From: Vicinamibacterales bacterium
Lineage (GTDB): Bacteria > Acidobacteriota > Vicinamibacteria > Vicinamibacterales > UBA2999
Direction: 5' to 3'
DNA: 64,000 nucleotides
NCBI GenBank assembly: GCA_050246635.1
Contig: JBFWVR010000005.1
Span: 43,095-107,094 of the forward strand
Part shown: piece by piece, positions 1-10,599 of the stretch
Position numbering within the stretch: position 1 is the stretch's first letter
How the letters are laid out: every line of letters starts with the position of its first letter
The notes under the pieces: generated by a model
Told to the model about the DNA's origin: nothing
The model's database searches: none
The model's input: only the letters and a program-made list of their open reading frames with translations
Made by a program: the position numbers and the translations under genes

Positions 1-3000
1 CACGGATCGTGACGGCGAAGGTGTCCCGGCCGCGGCCGCGCTCGCCCTGATCGGTGGCCGTCACCTCGAAGGTGTAGCCGGACCGGCCGTCCCACCAGCC
101 CGTGCCGCTGAACACCACGGTGTCCACGCCGGTGGCCGGGCCGCGTCCTGGCGTGTACCCGGGCGCGTCCCTGAAGGTGACGTCGGTGACGGTGAACGAC
201 ACGTAGACGTCCCGATGGCGCGGCCGGTTGCGCACGTCGAGCAGCAGCCAGCCCCGTTCCCACCCGCGCGTCGTCTCCCGCACGTGGAACGCAAACCCGG
301 TCTTCGTCGCGTCCTCCTTCACGTGTCCCACGCCCACCATCGTGCCCGGGACGTCCGTGGCCGGCGGCGGCTCCACTGTCACCGTGAACGTCGCCGCGGC
401 CTCGTTCCCGGCGGTGTCCGCCGCGGTGCAGGTGACGACCGTGTCGCCGACTGGGAAGAGTGTGCCGGAGGCGGGCTCGCACGTGACGGCCACGTCGCCG
501 TCGAGGTCGTCGACCGCCGTGGGCGGCGTGAACGTGACGGTCGCGCCCGTGGCGTCCGTGGCCGGGACGGCCAGGTCGCCGGGCACGCCCGAGAGCACCG
601 GCGCGGTGGTGTCGGCCGCGAACGCGAAATACGCGATGGCCGGGTCGTGGTCCGAGAGCCGGGTGGGCGTCGAGGCGTCACCGCGCGCCGTCTCCGGGAA
701 GTCGGCGTTGATCCGGGCGTGCGCGAAGAGCGCCAGCGCCGCCGCCGCGTCAGCCGACAGCAGGATGTGGTCGAGCGACTGGGCGTTGCCGTCGAACACA
801 TAGGAGTAGTCGCCGGGCAGCGCCGCTGACACCATGCCAGGGTTCACGACCGACGCAGAGTGGTTGACGACCTCCGTCGCCGGTGCCTGGTTGCCACGCA
901 CGATGCCCATGACGTCCACGTACCCGTCGTTCACCTCGAAGGCGTTGTAGTCGCCGACGGAGACCACCGGCACGCCGGGGTAGGTCGCCTGGAGATCGGC
1001 GAGGACCTGCGCGACGCCCTCGGCCTGCGCCTGCCGCTTGGCGCGGACCCGCGGGCCGGAGGACGGGTCGTCCACGTCGTTCAGCGACCGCAGGTGGTTG
1101 ACCAGCACGATGACGTCCTGGTCGTAGTGGCCCGCCGGCGCCGTGATCGTCGCACGCAGCGAGAGCGACGGCCGGTCGTTGAGGATGTCCACGCTGCCGT
1201 CCGTCGGGTCGACGAACGTCGCGGCCTTGCCCCACTGGACGACGTCCTGCACCTGCACGCGTGAGGTGCGGACCAGGAACCCGACGTCGATGCCGCCGAT
1301 GTCGTTGCCTTCCTCGAGATACGCGGCGTACTCGCCAGGCAAACCCAGGTCGAGGTTGACGCGTTCCGCGATCTGCTGGAGCACGGCGAGGTTCTCGACC
1401 TCCTGCACGCCGAGGATGTCCGGCGCCCCGAGGGCCAGCCGGATGGCCAGCGACGCCTTCGACAGGCGCGTCTCGAGCGCCGCCGGCGTCATCACGACAT
1501 CGCTGGTGGACGGGTCGTTCACCGTGTCGAAGAAGCGCTGGAGGTTGAACGAGGCCACGGTGTACTCGGCCGGGCCAGCCGACGGCGCGCTCGTCGGCGC
1601 GATGCCGGCACCCACCGCTGGCGCCGCCGCCGGGTCCGGCAGCACGGTCCACGTGCGGAAGCCGTAGTCCACGATCCCGACCAGGCCCGCGATCGGCGTG
1701 CCACTCGACAGGTCGAGTGCCGGCGCACCGAGCGCGTCGCTGTCCACGCGGATGCGCTCGGGGTTCCCGTCGAACACGGGAATCGCGCAGGGCCCGGCCG
1801 CGCAGGGCGGCGCCGCGTTCGGGGCCTGGATGCCGGCCTCTCGGATCGGACGGTCCTCGCCGGCGAAGACGGCGTAGAAGACGCCGTTGGTCCCGCCGAA
1901 CGCGTCGTTCTCGTCCACGAAGCCACCGGTCGGGCTCACGGTGACAATCGGGTCGAGCGCGACCCGCATGCCCTCGTACCGCTCCCACGGCAGCAGGCCG
2001 CCGTCGGGCGTGAGGTCGGCGGCACCCAACGCAACGGGCGCCGGCAGGGTGGCGCCGGGACCGAGGTCCACGAGGCTCGACACCGACGCCAGCTCCGTGA
2101 GCGACAGGAGCGCGGGCTCGCCGCTGGGGGTGTACTCCGAAACGGTTCCCGTGGCGCGCAGCGTCGTGCCCGGCGCGTAGGCGGCCGGCGCGCTGCTGGT
2201 GAAGACGAACAGGCCCTCGGAGGTGAGCGGGTCGCCGTCCTCGCTGCCGGGGGCGGTCTGGATGAAGACGCCGTTGCTGCGCGCGCCCGTGAACACGCCC
2301 TCCACCGTCACCACCTGGCCGGCAAGCGGCGACGCCGCGCCGCTCCCCTGGACGTCGTGGGGCAGCAGGATGACGGGCGGTGGGGTGACGGTGATGTCGA
2401 AGGCGTCGGACGCGCCGCGGAACTGCGCGTCCGTGACATCGACGGTGACCGACTTGACCCCGGGCGCGATGAACGCCGGCACGGTCAGGCCAATCGAGTA
2501 GACCAGGTCGCCTGCCACCGCGTCGCCGTGCGTCCCATCGTCGAAGAACGGCTGGTCGACCAGGCCGCCCACGGCTGAGAGGTTGCCGATCACCTGCAGC
2601 CCGGTGCTCGTCGGGCTGCTGCCCGGCGCCACGGAAGCCAGCACCAGGAGGTCATCGCCGACCGCCACGGAGGACGGCGCCGTGCTGCCGGTGACCGAGA
2701 GGCTGGTCGGTGCGCCACACGCGTTGACCGGCGACGTGGCGTTGCGTGGCGTCGGCGCGCCGTTCTCGAAGTCGGCGAAGTTGTCGTCGGTGTCCGTGCA
2801 GCCGCCGGCCTTCCGCAGCGCGGCGGTGGTGTTGTTCAGGTTCGGCGACGTCGGCTGCGTCTCGTAGCAGGTGGCGCTGCCGCCGAAGCCGACGACATCC
2901 ACCGCGCCGACGCCGGCGGAGGGGCAGACGGTGCCGCTGACGATGGTCGACTGGTTCGCGACGAGCGCCACCTTCCCGGAGGACGCGCTCATGGCAATCG

Positions 3001-3355
3001 TGCCGACAGCGTCGGGGGTGGGGAGCGGGGTGGTGCCCCCCGAGCCCTGCGACTCCTGCACCAGGAAGTAGGCCCCCGGCTGGATCACGCCGGTGAGGTT
3101 CGTGCGCTGCCAGCTGGTGCCCGTGCTCGACGCGTACTGGATTGACCAGGTGCTGAGATCGACCGGGACCGTGCCGCGGTTGAAGAGCTCGACGAAGTCG
3201 TTGGTGTAGGTGGCGCCGCTGTTGCCGCCGCCGCCGTAGATCTGGCTGATGACCACCGTGCCGCCCGACGCCTGGGCGTCGAGGCGGGCGGCCGGCTGGA
3301 TGCCGGCGACGAAAGCCGCCAGGGCGGCCAGTGACAGGATGGACCGTATGCGCAT
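1..3355 (-). CDS. Secreted lamin-tail-domain + endonuclease/exonuclease/phosphatase (ExeM/NucH-like) extracellular nuclease with HYR-like repeats; 3' end outside the window
   Basis: Not in the ORF track because no stop lies in the window. Manual translation from ATG at 3355: MRIRSILSLAALAAFVAG (signal), VVISQIYGGGGNSGATYTNDFVELFN (LTD), DGDPLTSEGLFVFT (OB region), ASFNLQRFFD, GVQEVEN, VGDYNAF, YVFDGNAQSLDHIL and SDHDP (EEP catalytic motifs), then VTCTAADTAGN HYR-like repeats. Confidence 0.85.
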   Translation of the reverse strand, partial: MRIRSILSLAALAAFVAGIQPAARLDAQASGGTVVISQIYGGGGNSGATYTNDFVELFNRGTVPVDLSTWSIQYASSTGTSWQRTNLTGVIQPGAYFLVQESQGSGGTTPLPTPDAVGTIAMSASSGKVALVANQSTIVSGTVCPSAGVGAVDVVGFGGSATCYETQPTSPNLNNTTAALRKAGGCTDTDDNFADFENGAPTPRNATSPVNACGAPTSLSVTGSTAPSSVAVGDDLLVLASVAPGSSPTSTGLQVIGNLSAVGGLVDQPFFDDGTHGDAVAGDLVYSIGLTVPAFIAPGVKSVTVDVTDAQFRGASDAFDITVTPPPVILLPHDVQGSGAASPLAGQVVTVEGVFTGARSNGVFIQTAPGSEDGDPLTSEGLFVFTSSAPAAYAPGTTLRATGTVSEYTPSGEPALLSLTELASVSSLVDLGPGATLPAPVALGAADLTPDGGLLPWERYEGMRVALDPIVTVSPTGGFVDENDAFGGTNGVFYAVFAGEDRPIREAGIQAPNAAPPCAAGPCAIPVFDGNPERIRVDSDALGAPALDLSSGTPIAGLVGIVDYGFRTWTVLPDPAAAPAVGAGIAPTSAPSAGPAEYTVASFNLQRFFDTVNDPSTSDVVMTPAALETRLSKASLAIRLALGAPDILGVQEVENLAVLQQIAERVNLDLGLPGEYAAYLEEGNDIGGIDVGFLVRTSRVQVQDVVQWGKAATFVDPTDGSVDILNDRPSLSLRATITAPAGHYDQDVIVLVNHLRSLNDVDDPSSGPRVRAKRQAQAEGVAQVLADLQATYPGVPVVSVGDYNAFEVNDGYVDVMGIVRGNQAPATEVVNHSASVVNPGMVSAALPGDYSYVFDGNAQSLDHILLSADAAAALALFAHARINADFPETARGDASTPTRLSDHDPAIAYFAFAADTTAPVLSGVPGDLAVPATDATGATVTFTPPTAVDDLDGDVAVTCEPASGTLFPVGDTVVTCTAADTAGNEAAATFTVTVEPPPATDVPGTMVGVGHVKEDATKTGFAFHVRETTRGWERGWLLLDVRNRPRHRDVYVSFTVTDVTFRDAPGYTPGRGPATGVDTVVFSGTGWWDGRSGYTFEVTATDQGERGRGRDTFAVTIR

Positions 3356-3574
3356 GCGTGCCCCGCTCTCCATCGGGTGAGACCGGCGCCGGTTCAGAAA
3401 GATCGGTGCCAGCCGGTGCGGGCCGCGGTTTGCGCCCAGATGCGCGCAACGTGCGCCCGACACCAGCCGCGCCTGCACTTCCGCGTCCCGTTCTGGGACA
3501 CGGCGATTGCAGAATCAGCTGCCGGTCGACACGAGGCTAGCCGAGGCGCGTGGCGTCCGCGTGACGGTCCGATC

Positions 3575-4171
3575 TCAGGACGGAATTTCTTCGTGCAGCC
3601 ACCGCGCGCAGTCGCGGAAGGCACGGGCGCGGTGCGAGATGGCGGCTTTGTCGGAGGGACTGAGGGCGGCGGTGGTCGTGCCGAAGGGGGGATACAGGAA
3701 GATCGGGTCGTACCCGAAGCCACCCTCGCCCGAGGGGCGATCGGCGATGCGCCCCTCCACCGTTGCTTCGGTCTCGAAGCGCAGGTTGCGGCCGTCGGCC
3801 ACGGCCAGCGCCGTCACGAACCGGGCGGTGCGGCGTTCGGGGGGCACCGCCGCGAGCCGGCGGTAGATCTCGGCGAAGCGGTCCGCGTACGACACGCCCT
3901 CCCCGAGGAAGCGTGCGGACCGCACGCCGGGCTCGCCGCCCATCGCGTCGATGACGAGCCCGGAGTCCTCGGCAATCGTGAGCAGGCCCGACGCCGCGCC
4001 GTACGCCAGCGCCTTGAGCCGGGCATTCTCCCAGAACGTGGCGCCCGTCTCCTCGGGCTCCGGGATCGGCGGCAGATCCTTCAGCGTGACGAGCGTGATG
4101 GGGGTGTCCGCCAGGAGCGGGCCGATCTCCCGGAGCTTGCCGGGATTGGTCGTGGCGACGAGCACCCGCAT
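3575..4171 (-). CDS. rdgB: Non-canonical purine NTP pyrophosphatase (RdgB/HAM1)
   Basis: MRVLVATTNPGKLREI, ETGATFWENARLKA, AEDSGL, PGVRSARF, GFGYDPIF, ISHRARA motifs; follows rph. Confidence 0.95.
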   Translation of the reverse strand: MRVLVATTNPGKLREIGPLLADTPITLVTLKDLPPIPEPEETGATFWENARLKALAYGAASGLLTIAEDSGLVIDAMGGEPGVRSARFLGEGVSYADRFAEIYRRLAAVPPERRTARFVTALAVADGRNLRFETEATVEGRIADRPSGEGGFGYDPIFLYPPFGTTTAALSPSDKAAISHRARAFRDCARWLHEEIPS

Positions 4172-4175
4172 CGGA

Positions 4176-4907
4176 TCAGCGGGGGAGGATCGTGCCGACG
4201 ATCGCACGCTGCATCTCGAAGAGCTGCGCGAGGCCGCGATCGGCGAGGTCCAGCAGCCCCCCGAGCGCCTCGCGGTCGTACGGCTCGCTCTCCGCCGTGC
4301 CCTGCACCTCGATGTAGCGGCCGCCACCGGTCTTGACGATGTTCATGTCGACGTCGGCCTTCGAGTCCTCCTCGTAGGCCAGGTCGAGCAGGGGCATGCC
4401 GCCGACGATGCCGACGCTCGTCGCGGCGACGTAGTCGTTCACGGGAATCGCCTTGATCGCGTCCTGCTTGCGCAGGTGATCGAGGGCGAGGACGAGGGCG
4501 ACGAAGGCGCCCGTGATCGCGGCCGTGCGGGTGCCGCCGTCGGCCTGCAGCACGTCGCAGTCGAGCCAGATCGTGCGCTCGCCGAGCTCGGGCAGGCGGA
4601 CGACCGCCCGCATCGAGCGGCCGATGAGGCGCTGGATCTCCATGGTGCGGCCCCCGACCTTGCCGGTCGCCGCTTCGCGCGTGGAGCGCGTGCTCGTCGC
4701 ACGCGGGAGCATGCCGTACTCCGCGGTGACCCAGCCCTTGCCGGTGCCGCGCAGGAAGGGCGGCACGCGGTCCTCGACGCTCGCGGCGCAGATGACGCGC
4801 GTGCGGCCGACCTCGATCAGGGCCGAGCCTTCGGCGTGCTCGAGATAGTGGGGCGTAATCGTCGTCGGGCGCAGCTCGTGGGGGGCGCGGTCGTATTGGC
4901 GGTTCAT
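4176..4907 (-). CDS. rph: Ribonuclease PH
   Basis: [69 protein letters not shown]. Confidence 0.98.
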   Translation of the reverse strand: MNRQYDRAPHELRPTTITPHYLEHAEGSALIEVGRTRVICAASVEDRVPPFLRGTGKGWVTAEYGMLPRATSTRSTREAATGKVGGRTMEIQRLIGRSMRAVVRLPELGERTIWLDCDVLQADGGTRTAAITGAFVALVLALDHLRKQDAIKAIPVNDYVAATSVGIVGGMPLLDLAYEEDSKADVDMNIVKTGGGRYIEVQGTAESEPYDREALGGLLDLADRGLAQLFEMQRAIVGTILPR

Positions 4908-5506
4908 CGGGCAATCAACTCTTCGTTCTTCCGGAGGGGGCGCCGGAGGTCGACGTGGCCCGCGAGGGTGTCCACCTCGCGGCCGTCGATGAGGATCTGG
5001 ACGTCGGTGATGGTGGGGAGGTTCATCGTCACGGCGTCCACCAGCGTGTAGACGGTGATGAGCTCGTTCATCGAGCCACCGGGATGGGCGGTGCGGATGG
5101 CGCCGTCGAGGTCGATGAACAGCTCGCCGCGATCGCTCGCGAAGACGCCGCGGAGCGTCGTACCGTCGGGAACCGTGCGGGCCAGGCCGTCCGGCGGCGG
5201 CGTGGCCAGCTGGGCGGCGAGGATCTCGCGCGCCTGCTGCACCGTGGCCTCGGCGAGCGGCACCTCGTGTTCGACGCCGACGAGCTGGTGGCCGTCCCCC
5301 GAGGCGAAGAACAGCGTCACCTTGATGGTCGGTCCCGCCGCGGGATCGCCCGGGGCCGGCGGCGCCGCCGCGGTCTGCGCGTCGGCCGGCAGCGCCTCGG
5401 GCTCCGAGGTGGAGAGCAGGCGAGAGAGGCCCGTCATCAGCGCCCAGCCGAGCAGCGTGGTGGCCGCGGCTACGGCCACGATCGTGAGCAGGCGGCGTGC
5501 GTTCAT
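4904..5506 (-). CDS. GerMN domain-containing membrane-anchored protein
   Basis: N-terminal TM helix; [39 protein letters not shown]; overlaps both neighbours by 4 bp. Confidence 0.85.
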   Translation of the reverse strand: MNARRLLTIVAVAAATTLLGWALMTGLSRLLSTSEPEALPADAQTAAAPPAPGDPAAGPTIKVTLFFASGDGHQLVGVEHEVPLAEATVQQAREILAAQLATPPPDGLARTVPDGTTLRGVFASDRGELFIDLDGAIRTAHPGGSMNELITVYTLVDAVTMNLPTITDVQILIDGREVDTLAGHVDLRRPLRKNEELIAR

Positions 5507-7050
5507 TCCTGGGCCGTGCCGCGTCCGGCGGAGGTGCGGTAGCTGGCGATGGCGTCGAACAGGGCCAACGCGAGCCGATCCTGGTAGCTGCCGGAGCCGA
5601 GCTGGCGCTCTTCCTCCGGGTTCGAGAGGTACCCCATCTCCACCAGCACCGCCGGCATGGTGGCGCCCACCAGCACGCGGAACGGCGCCTGCTGGACGGT
5701 TCGCGGGCTCATGGCGACGCGACCGGCCAGCGTTCGCTCGACCGTGGTGGCGAGCGCGGCCGACTGCTCCAGGTACCGCGTCTGGGCGGTCTCCCAGAGC
5801 ATCAGGTCGATGGTGCGGGTGCCACCGCCGAGGGCGGGCAGCGCGGTCCCGGTGTCCTGCGCCCGTTCGCCATCGGTCGTCGCGCGATCCGCACTCAGGT
5901 AGTAGACCTCGGCGCCGCGCATGCCAGCGCGCACCGAGGCGTTGGCGTGCACGCTCAGGAAGATGTCGGCCCGGTGGCTGTTGGCGTAGGCGGTCCGATC
6001 GTCGAGCGACAGCGTGCGGTCGTCCTCGCGCGTCAGGTAGACACGCAGCCCGAGGCGGCTCTCGATGAGGGTGCGCAGCCGTCGCGCCACCGCCAGCGTC
6101 ACGTCCTTCTCCTGGATGCCGTCGGGGCCCACGGCGCCGGTCTCGTCGCCGCCGTGGCCGGGGTCGATCACCACGGCGCGGACACCCGGGGCATCGCCCT
6201 CGAACAGCAGCGGGTCTGGCGCCGCGTCTCCCGGTGCCGGCGTGGCAGGCTCCGGCGCCGCCGGTTCGGGCGTGGTGGTCGTCGGCGGCGCCGTGCCACG
6301 GACCTCGACCGTCAGGCGCGTGGTGGTGGCGTCGGGCCGGGAGGTCGTGGCGCGATAGGAGGCGTAGCGCGGTCCCGTCAGGATGGCCAGCGCGTCCGTG
6401 CGTTCGGCGACCGGCGCGAGACCCTGCACGAACGGCTGCTCGGGCGTGGCGCCGAGGGCGCCGAGTTCGATGGCGTCGGCGCCGGTCACCGAGACCACCA
6501 GCCGGCCGGTCTCGGGCATCACCTCGGCCGGCGCGGCCGGGGAGATGTCGATCGTGACGGTCGCCGCGGTCTCGCTGGCCGTGACCCGCGCGCTGACGCG
6601 GGGCACACGCAGATCACCGACGACGAGCAGGCGGGAGGCGGAGCGCAGATCGAAGCGGGTGCGGAGCGCGGGCCCGAGCGCGCGGGGGAGGAATTCGACT
6701 GGCACCAGCCACTGGCCGTCCTGGCGGACCGGCGGCGCCGGGAGCGAGACGAGGCGGCCGCCGACGGAGACGACCGCCTGGGCCTCGGACAGCAGGATGG
6801 ACGCGCCGCCGGCCGTGATGGTCACGCCGCCGGCGAGGCGGTCCTCACGCACATCGACGCCGAACGCCGACGCCACGTCGCCCAGGGCGACGTAATCCCG
6901 CCCGCTGACGGCGACGATGGGGACGGTTCGTCGGCCGTCGCGGGTGAGCACGGCAAGCGCGGCGCCCTGCGCCTCGGCGGGTGGGGCGGGCAGGACGGCG
7001 CCGGCCGCGAGGGCCGCCGCGGCCACCAGCGCCAGGAAGTAGCGGGTCAC
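5503..7050 (-). CDS. N-acetylmuramoyl-L-alanine amidase (Amidase_3)
   Basis: Signal peptide; [44 protein letters not shown]. Confidence 0.92.
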   Translation of the reverse strand: MTRYFLALVAAAALAAGAVLPAPPAEAQGAALAVLTRDGRRTVPIVAVSGRDYVALGDVASAFGVDVREDRLAGGVTITAGGASILLSEAQAVVSVGGRLVSLPAPPVRQDGQWLVPVEFLPRALGPALRTRFDLRSASRLLVVGDLRVPRVSARVTASETAATVTIDISPAAPAEVMPETGRLVVSVTGADAIELGALGATPEQPFVQGLAPVAERTDALAILTGPRYASYRATTSRPDATTTRLTVEVRGTAPPTTTTPEPAAPEPATPAPGDAAPDPLLFEGDAPGVRAVVIDPGHGGDETGAVGPDGIQEKDVTLAVARRLRTLIESRLGLRVYLTREDDRTLSLDDRTAYANSHRADIFLSVHANASVRAGMRGAEVYYLSADRATTDGERAQDTGTALPALGGGTRTIDLMLWETAQTRYLEQSAALATTVERTLAGRVAMSPRTVQQAPFRVLVGATMPAVLVEMGYLSNPEEERQLGSGSYQDRLALALFDAIASYRTSAGRGTAQE

Positions 7051-7111
7051 GACCCGTACATCATAGCGTCAACGGTGGCCCGGCCGGGCCGTCCCACACC
7101 CCGTCGCGGGC

Positions 7112-7471
7112 CTACGATGCCCGCTTGAGCACGATCTTGATCACCTCGGGGTTGAGGCTCTCCTTCTGCACCACCACCTTGACGCGCTTGGGTTCGTACC
7201 CGGCCTTGTCGAACTGCACGACCCACTCGCCCTTGCCGATCCCGCCGATGGCCCACTTGCCCTGGTCGTTCGAGTTGCCCTGCAGGGCATCGCCGCCGGA
7301 GGTCGGGGCCTTCACGACGACCCCGTCGAGCGGATCACCCGCCTCGGAGACGACGACGCCGTTGATGCGGCCGATGCCGCGGTTCTGCGCGAGGCCGACG
7401 GTGGTGCCCGCGACGACCATCGCGGCGGTGAGCATGGCAACGGTGAACGTCTGCTTCAGGACCTGCTTCAT
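7112..7471 (-). CDS. Small secreted carboxypeptidase-regulatory-like (CarboxypepD_reg) domain protein
   Basis: Signal peptide; GRINGVVVSEAGDPLDGVVV...SNDQGKWAIGGIGKGEW...KAGYEP beta-sandwich pattern; GGAGAG RBS. Confidence 0.75.
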   Translation of the reverse strand: MKQVLKQTFTVAMLTAAMVVAGTTVGLAQNRGIGRINGVVVSEAGDPLDGVVVKAPTSGGDALQGNSNDQGKWAIGGIGKGEWVVQFDKAGYEPKRVKVVVQKESLNPEVIKIVLKRAS

Positions 7472-7689
7472 GACGTGGCTCTCCCTCGAGGGACAAAGGA
7501 GGGGACGTGCCCTGGCCGGCCTCCCCCGCGTTGATTACCGGTTGTGGGGCCGGAATCGGCGTCGCGCGCGAAGACTTTAGCGAGGGGCGCCCGGTGCTCC
7601 TTGGGCGGTCTCGAGCGGACACGAGCGTCAAGGGGGCAGGGAGGGGCGTGCGATCCCGCGCACACGCACACGGGGCACACACCATCCAT

Positions 7690-7790
7690 GAGGAATAGAG
7701 AATCAAGAACCTACGAATAGAGAAAGGAATTCAGGAATTCCGAATTCGGAATTCCTTTCCGGATTCGGACTTCTGGATTCTCTCTTCAAC
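7690..7790. repeat. Intergenic short-period GAATT/GAATC-type repeat tract, partly palindromic
   Basis: gaaaggaattcaggaattccgaattcggaattcctttcc; related to tracts at 57306-57441 and 63435-63548. Confidence 0.6.
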
Positions 7791-9038
7791 TTACAGGCCC
7801 CGCCCCATGAAACGCGTCCCTTCGATTGGCGACTCGTAGTACGGCGCGACCTCGACGAAGCCGCACTGCACGTAGAGGGCGTGGGCCGCGACCATCTCGG
7901 GCAGCGTGTCGAGGACGATCTCCTCGAAGCCCACGTCCCGCGCATGCGCGAGCACGGCGTCGACGAGCGCGCGGCCCAGGCCCAGGCCACGTGCCTCGCG
8001 ACGCACGAAGAGGCGCTTCATCTCGGCACGCCGATCGCCGCGCTGGCGGCAGGCGGCCATGCCGAGTGGCGAGCCCCCTCGCCAGGCCACGAGCAGCGTG
8101 CCCCGTGGGCCGGCGTAGTCGCCCGGCAGGTTCCGGTGCTCGTCGTCGAACCCCTGGAAGGAGAGATCGCGCCCCAGCCATGCCGCGTACTCCCCAAGCA
8201 GACCACGCGCGACCGCGACATCCGACGCGCTCGTGGCCGCGGCGATCACGATGCCCGATGGCGCGGGACGTCGCCCCGGACGGCCGCGGCGCCGCGTGCC
8301 CTCCCGCGCGACCGCTGCACCCAGACCACCAGTGCCCTCTGTGCCGTCTGTGGCACCGATGCCATCTGTGGCGTCCGTGGCGTCTGTGCCATCTGCAGCG
8401 TCTGTAGCGTCTGTGCCATCTGCAGCGTCTGTAGCGTCTGTGCCATCTGTGCCATCTGTGCCATCTGTGGCCCCTGTGGCCCCTGTGGCCCCTGATGGCT
8501 GGGCCAGCGCCTGACGGCCGCCCTCATCCCTGCCCCGGGCGAAGATCACGCTGTCCTGCCAGCGCCCATCGATCTGCCACGTGGCCGCGAAGCGTGCCGT
8601 CTCGCGGAATCCCAACTGCGTGAGCAGCGCCAGGCTGCGGTCGTTGCGGGGATCGACGTCGGCGCGGACGGTCTCGAGGCCAAGCACGTCGAGTGCGTAG
8701 CGACAGGCGCGGTCCACCGCTTCGTGAGCGAGTCCCTTGCCCCAGGCGTGGCGCGCGAGCAGGTAGGCAATCCACGGCGGCTCGTGCAGCGCGACACGGC
8801 CCACGACCTCGCCGCGGTGCTCGATGGCCCACTCGTACCGGCGTCCGGCCTCCGCGTCGGCCACGACCCCGGCCAGCCACGCCTCCGTCTCCGGCACGCT
8901 CCGATGCGGTGTCATCGCGGTGAACACCATCACCTCGGGATCGGCCATGGCCCTCGCCAACGCCGCCGCGTCGGACACCACCAGCGGGCGGAGGCGTGTC
9001 CGCGTCGTGCGCAGCAGGGGTTCGTGACGCATCAACAT
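7791..9038 (-). CDS. Tandem GNAT acetyltransferase (RimJ/RimL-like domain + second GNAT domain) with a low-complexity repeat linker
   Basis: Domain 1: RTRLRPL, YLLARHAWGKGLAHEA, DPRNDRSLALLTQLGF. Domain 2: AEMKRLFVRREARGLGLGRAL, LDTLPEM, ALYVQCGF. No stop between them; start placed at ATG 9038 (alternative 9032). Confidence 0.75.
   Translation of the reverse strand: MLMRHEPLLRTTRTRLRPLVVSDAAALARAMADPEVMVFTAMTPHRSVPETEAWLAGVVADAEAGRRYEWAIEHRGEVVGRVALHEPPWIAYLLARHAWGKGLAHEAVDRACRYALDVLGLETVRADVDPRNDRSLALLTQLGFRETARFAATWQIDGRWQDSVIFARGRDEGGRQALAQPSGATGATGATDGTDGTDGTDATDAADGTDATDAADGTDATDATDGIGATDGTEGTGGLGAAVAREGTRRRGRPGRRPAPSGIVIAAATSASDVAVARGLLGEYAAWLGRDLSFQGFDDEHRNLPGDYAGPRGTLLVAWRGGSPLGMAACRQRGDRRAEMKRLFVRREARGLGLGRALVDAVLAHARDVGFEEIVLDTLPEMVAAHALYVQCGFVEVAPYYESPIEGTRFMGRGL
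8332..8495. repeat. 9-bp-period tandem repeat (gccatctgt variants) inside the GNAT ORF
   Basis: gtgccatctgtgccatctgtgccatctgtggcccctgtggcccctgtggcccctg; encodes GAT/DGT/DAT tripeptides. Confidence 0.9.
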
Positions 9039-9039
9039 T

Positions 9040-9114
9040 TGGTGATCTGGTGATCTTGTGATCTCGTGATTTTGTGATTTTGTGATTCTGAAAAAGGGGT
9101 CTGACCCCTTCTTC
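9040..9114. repeat. 8-bp-period (tgtgatct) repeat tract followed by the palindrome aaggggtctgacccctt
   Basis: ggtgatctggtgatcttgtgatctcgtgattttgtgattttgtgatt; near-identical tract at 61331-61365. Confidence 0.8.
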
Positions 9115-9124
9115 AGGTTCGGCC

Positions 9125-9439
9125 CTACCCGGCCAGCTTGAGGCCGGCGATCCCCAGCACGACCAGCGCCAGCGAGGCCAGGCGGGCGGGGGAGGCCGGT
9201 TCGCCGAGGAGCAGCATGCCCAGGACGGCGGTGCCCGACGCGCCGATGCCGGTCCACACGGCGTAGGCGGTGCCGGCCGGCAGCGACTTCATCGCCTCCG
9301 CCAGCAGCACGAAGCTCCCCACCAGCGCGGCCAGGGTCACCACGGTCGGGACGGGGCGCGACCAGCCCTCGGCGTACTTGAGGCCGACGGCCCATACGAT
9401 CTCGAGCACTCCGGCAATCACGAGGGTGGTCCAGGCCAT
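9125..9439 (-). CDS. sugE: SMR-family exporter, SugE/Gdx type
   Basis: [42 protein letters not shown]; 104 aa, 4 TM; AGGAGG RBS. Confidence 0.9.
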   Translation of the reverse strand: MAWTTLVIAGVLEIVWAVGLKYAEGWSRPVPTVVTLAALVGSFVLLAEAMKSLPAGTAYAVWTGIGASGTAVLGMLLLGEPASPARLASLALVVLGIAGLKLAG

Positions 9440-9627
9440 GGCGTCGGTTGTCCTCCTGTCAGGCATCTTATCCGGGCTTCGCCACCGCCTGCCGGAGCCG
9501 CGCCCTCGGCCGATCGGGCAGTCCGATCGAATGGTCGGTATGTTCGGGCCGGCCCGGCCCGGAAGGCGTTGCCGGCCGCGAGGGCGTGGGGTACGCTCGG
9601 GGCTCAACCTTGAGGAGGGCGAACCCC

Positions 9628-10515
9628 ATGGAAGGGAAGAAGGCCTCGGACTTCGATCCGAACGTGCTCCGCCTGTTCGATCAGTACGTGCACGGCGCCA
9701 TCAACCGCCGCGACTTTCTCGATCGCGCGGCGAAGTACGCCGCGGCCGGGGTCTCGGCCGCGGCGCTGCTCGATCAGCTGAGCCCCAACTACGCGCGGGC
9801 GCAACAGGTGAAGCCGGACGACCCGCGGATCCGCACCGAGCGCATCACCTACCAGTCACCGCAGGGCGGCGGCGCCATCTCGGCCTTGTACGCGAAGCCC
9901 GCCAACGCCTCCGGCAAGCTGCCGGGGGTGCTCGTGGTGCACGAGAACCGGGGCCTCAACCCCTACATCGAGGACGTCGCCCGTCGCGTCGCGGTGGCCG
10001 GGTTCCTGGCGCTCGCGCCCGACGCCCTCTCGCCCCTCGGGGGGTACCCGGGGACGGACGACGAAGGCCGCGCGATGCAGCAGAAGCGCAACGGGCAGGA
10101 GATGCTGCAGGACTTCGTGGCCGGCGCCCAGCACCTGATGAAGAGCCCCGACTGCACGGGCAAGGTCGGGGTCGTCGGCTTCTGCTACGGCGGCAGCGTG
10201 TCGAACCAGCTGGCCGTGCGGCTGCCGGAACTCGCCGCCGCGGTGCCGTTCTACGGCGGGCAGCCGGCCGCCGAGGACGTGCCGAAGATCAAGGCGCCGC
10301 TGCTCATCCACTACGCCGGGCTCGACGAGCGCGTGAACGCGGGCTGGCCCGCCTACGAAGCCGCGCTCAAGGCCAACGACAAGGTGTACACGATGTACAT
10401 GTACGACGGCGTCAACCACGGCTTCCACAACGACACGACGCCACGGTACGACAAGGCCGCCGCCGAGCTCGCCTGGGCGCGCACGATCGAGTTCTTCAAC
10501 GCCCACCTGAAGTAG
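9628..10515 (+). CDS. Dienelactone hydrolase family protein (YghX-like) with RRxFL-type leader
   Basis: [25 protein letters not shown] nucleophile, [12 protein letters not shown]; GAGGAGG RBS before ATG 9628. Confidence 0.92.
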   Translation: MEGKKASDFDPNVLRLFDQYVHGAINRRDFLDRAAKYAAAGVSAAALLDQLSPNYARAQQVKPDDPRIRTERITYQSPQGGGAISALYAKPANASGKLPGVLVVHENRGLNPYIEDVARRVAVAGFLALAPDALSPLGGYPGTDDEGRAMQQKRNGQEMLQDFVAGAQHLMKSPDCTGKVGVVGFCYGGSVSNQLAVRLPELAAAVPFYGGQPAAEDVPKIKAPLLIHYAGLDERVNAGWPAYEAALKANDKVYTMYMYDGVNHGFHNDTTPRYDKAAAELAWARTIEFFNAHLK

Positions 10516-10523
10516 CGACAGGG

Positions 10524-10564
10524 AAAAGGGGAGCTCCACGCTGGCACTGCTCGTGGAGCTCCCC
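10524..10564 (-). terminator. Rho-independent terminator-like hairpin between convergent genes
   Basis: 13-bp perfect stem ggggagctccacg/cgtggagctcccc next to aaaa (U-run on the minus strand). Confidence 0.7.
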
Positions 10565-10599
10565 GATGCGGCGCGACCGCGCCGCGGATCCCGTCGGCG

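Noticed and set aside
7791-9395. ORF-track N-terminal extension of the GNAT gene to 9395; similar extensions on rdgB, mprF, the response regulator and the TonB receptor
   Set aside because: The extensions overlap genuine neighbouring genes or repeat tracts; downstream starts fit the domain boundaries and RBS or overlap patterns.
9440-9560. Guanidine riboswitch expected upstream of sugE/gdx
   Set aside because: No paired ACGR-loop hairpins and no recognisable class I or III consensus by eye; the short leader has a TAAGAT -10 and an RBS. An Rfam scan would settle it.
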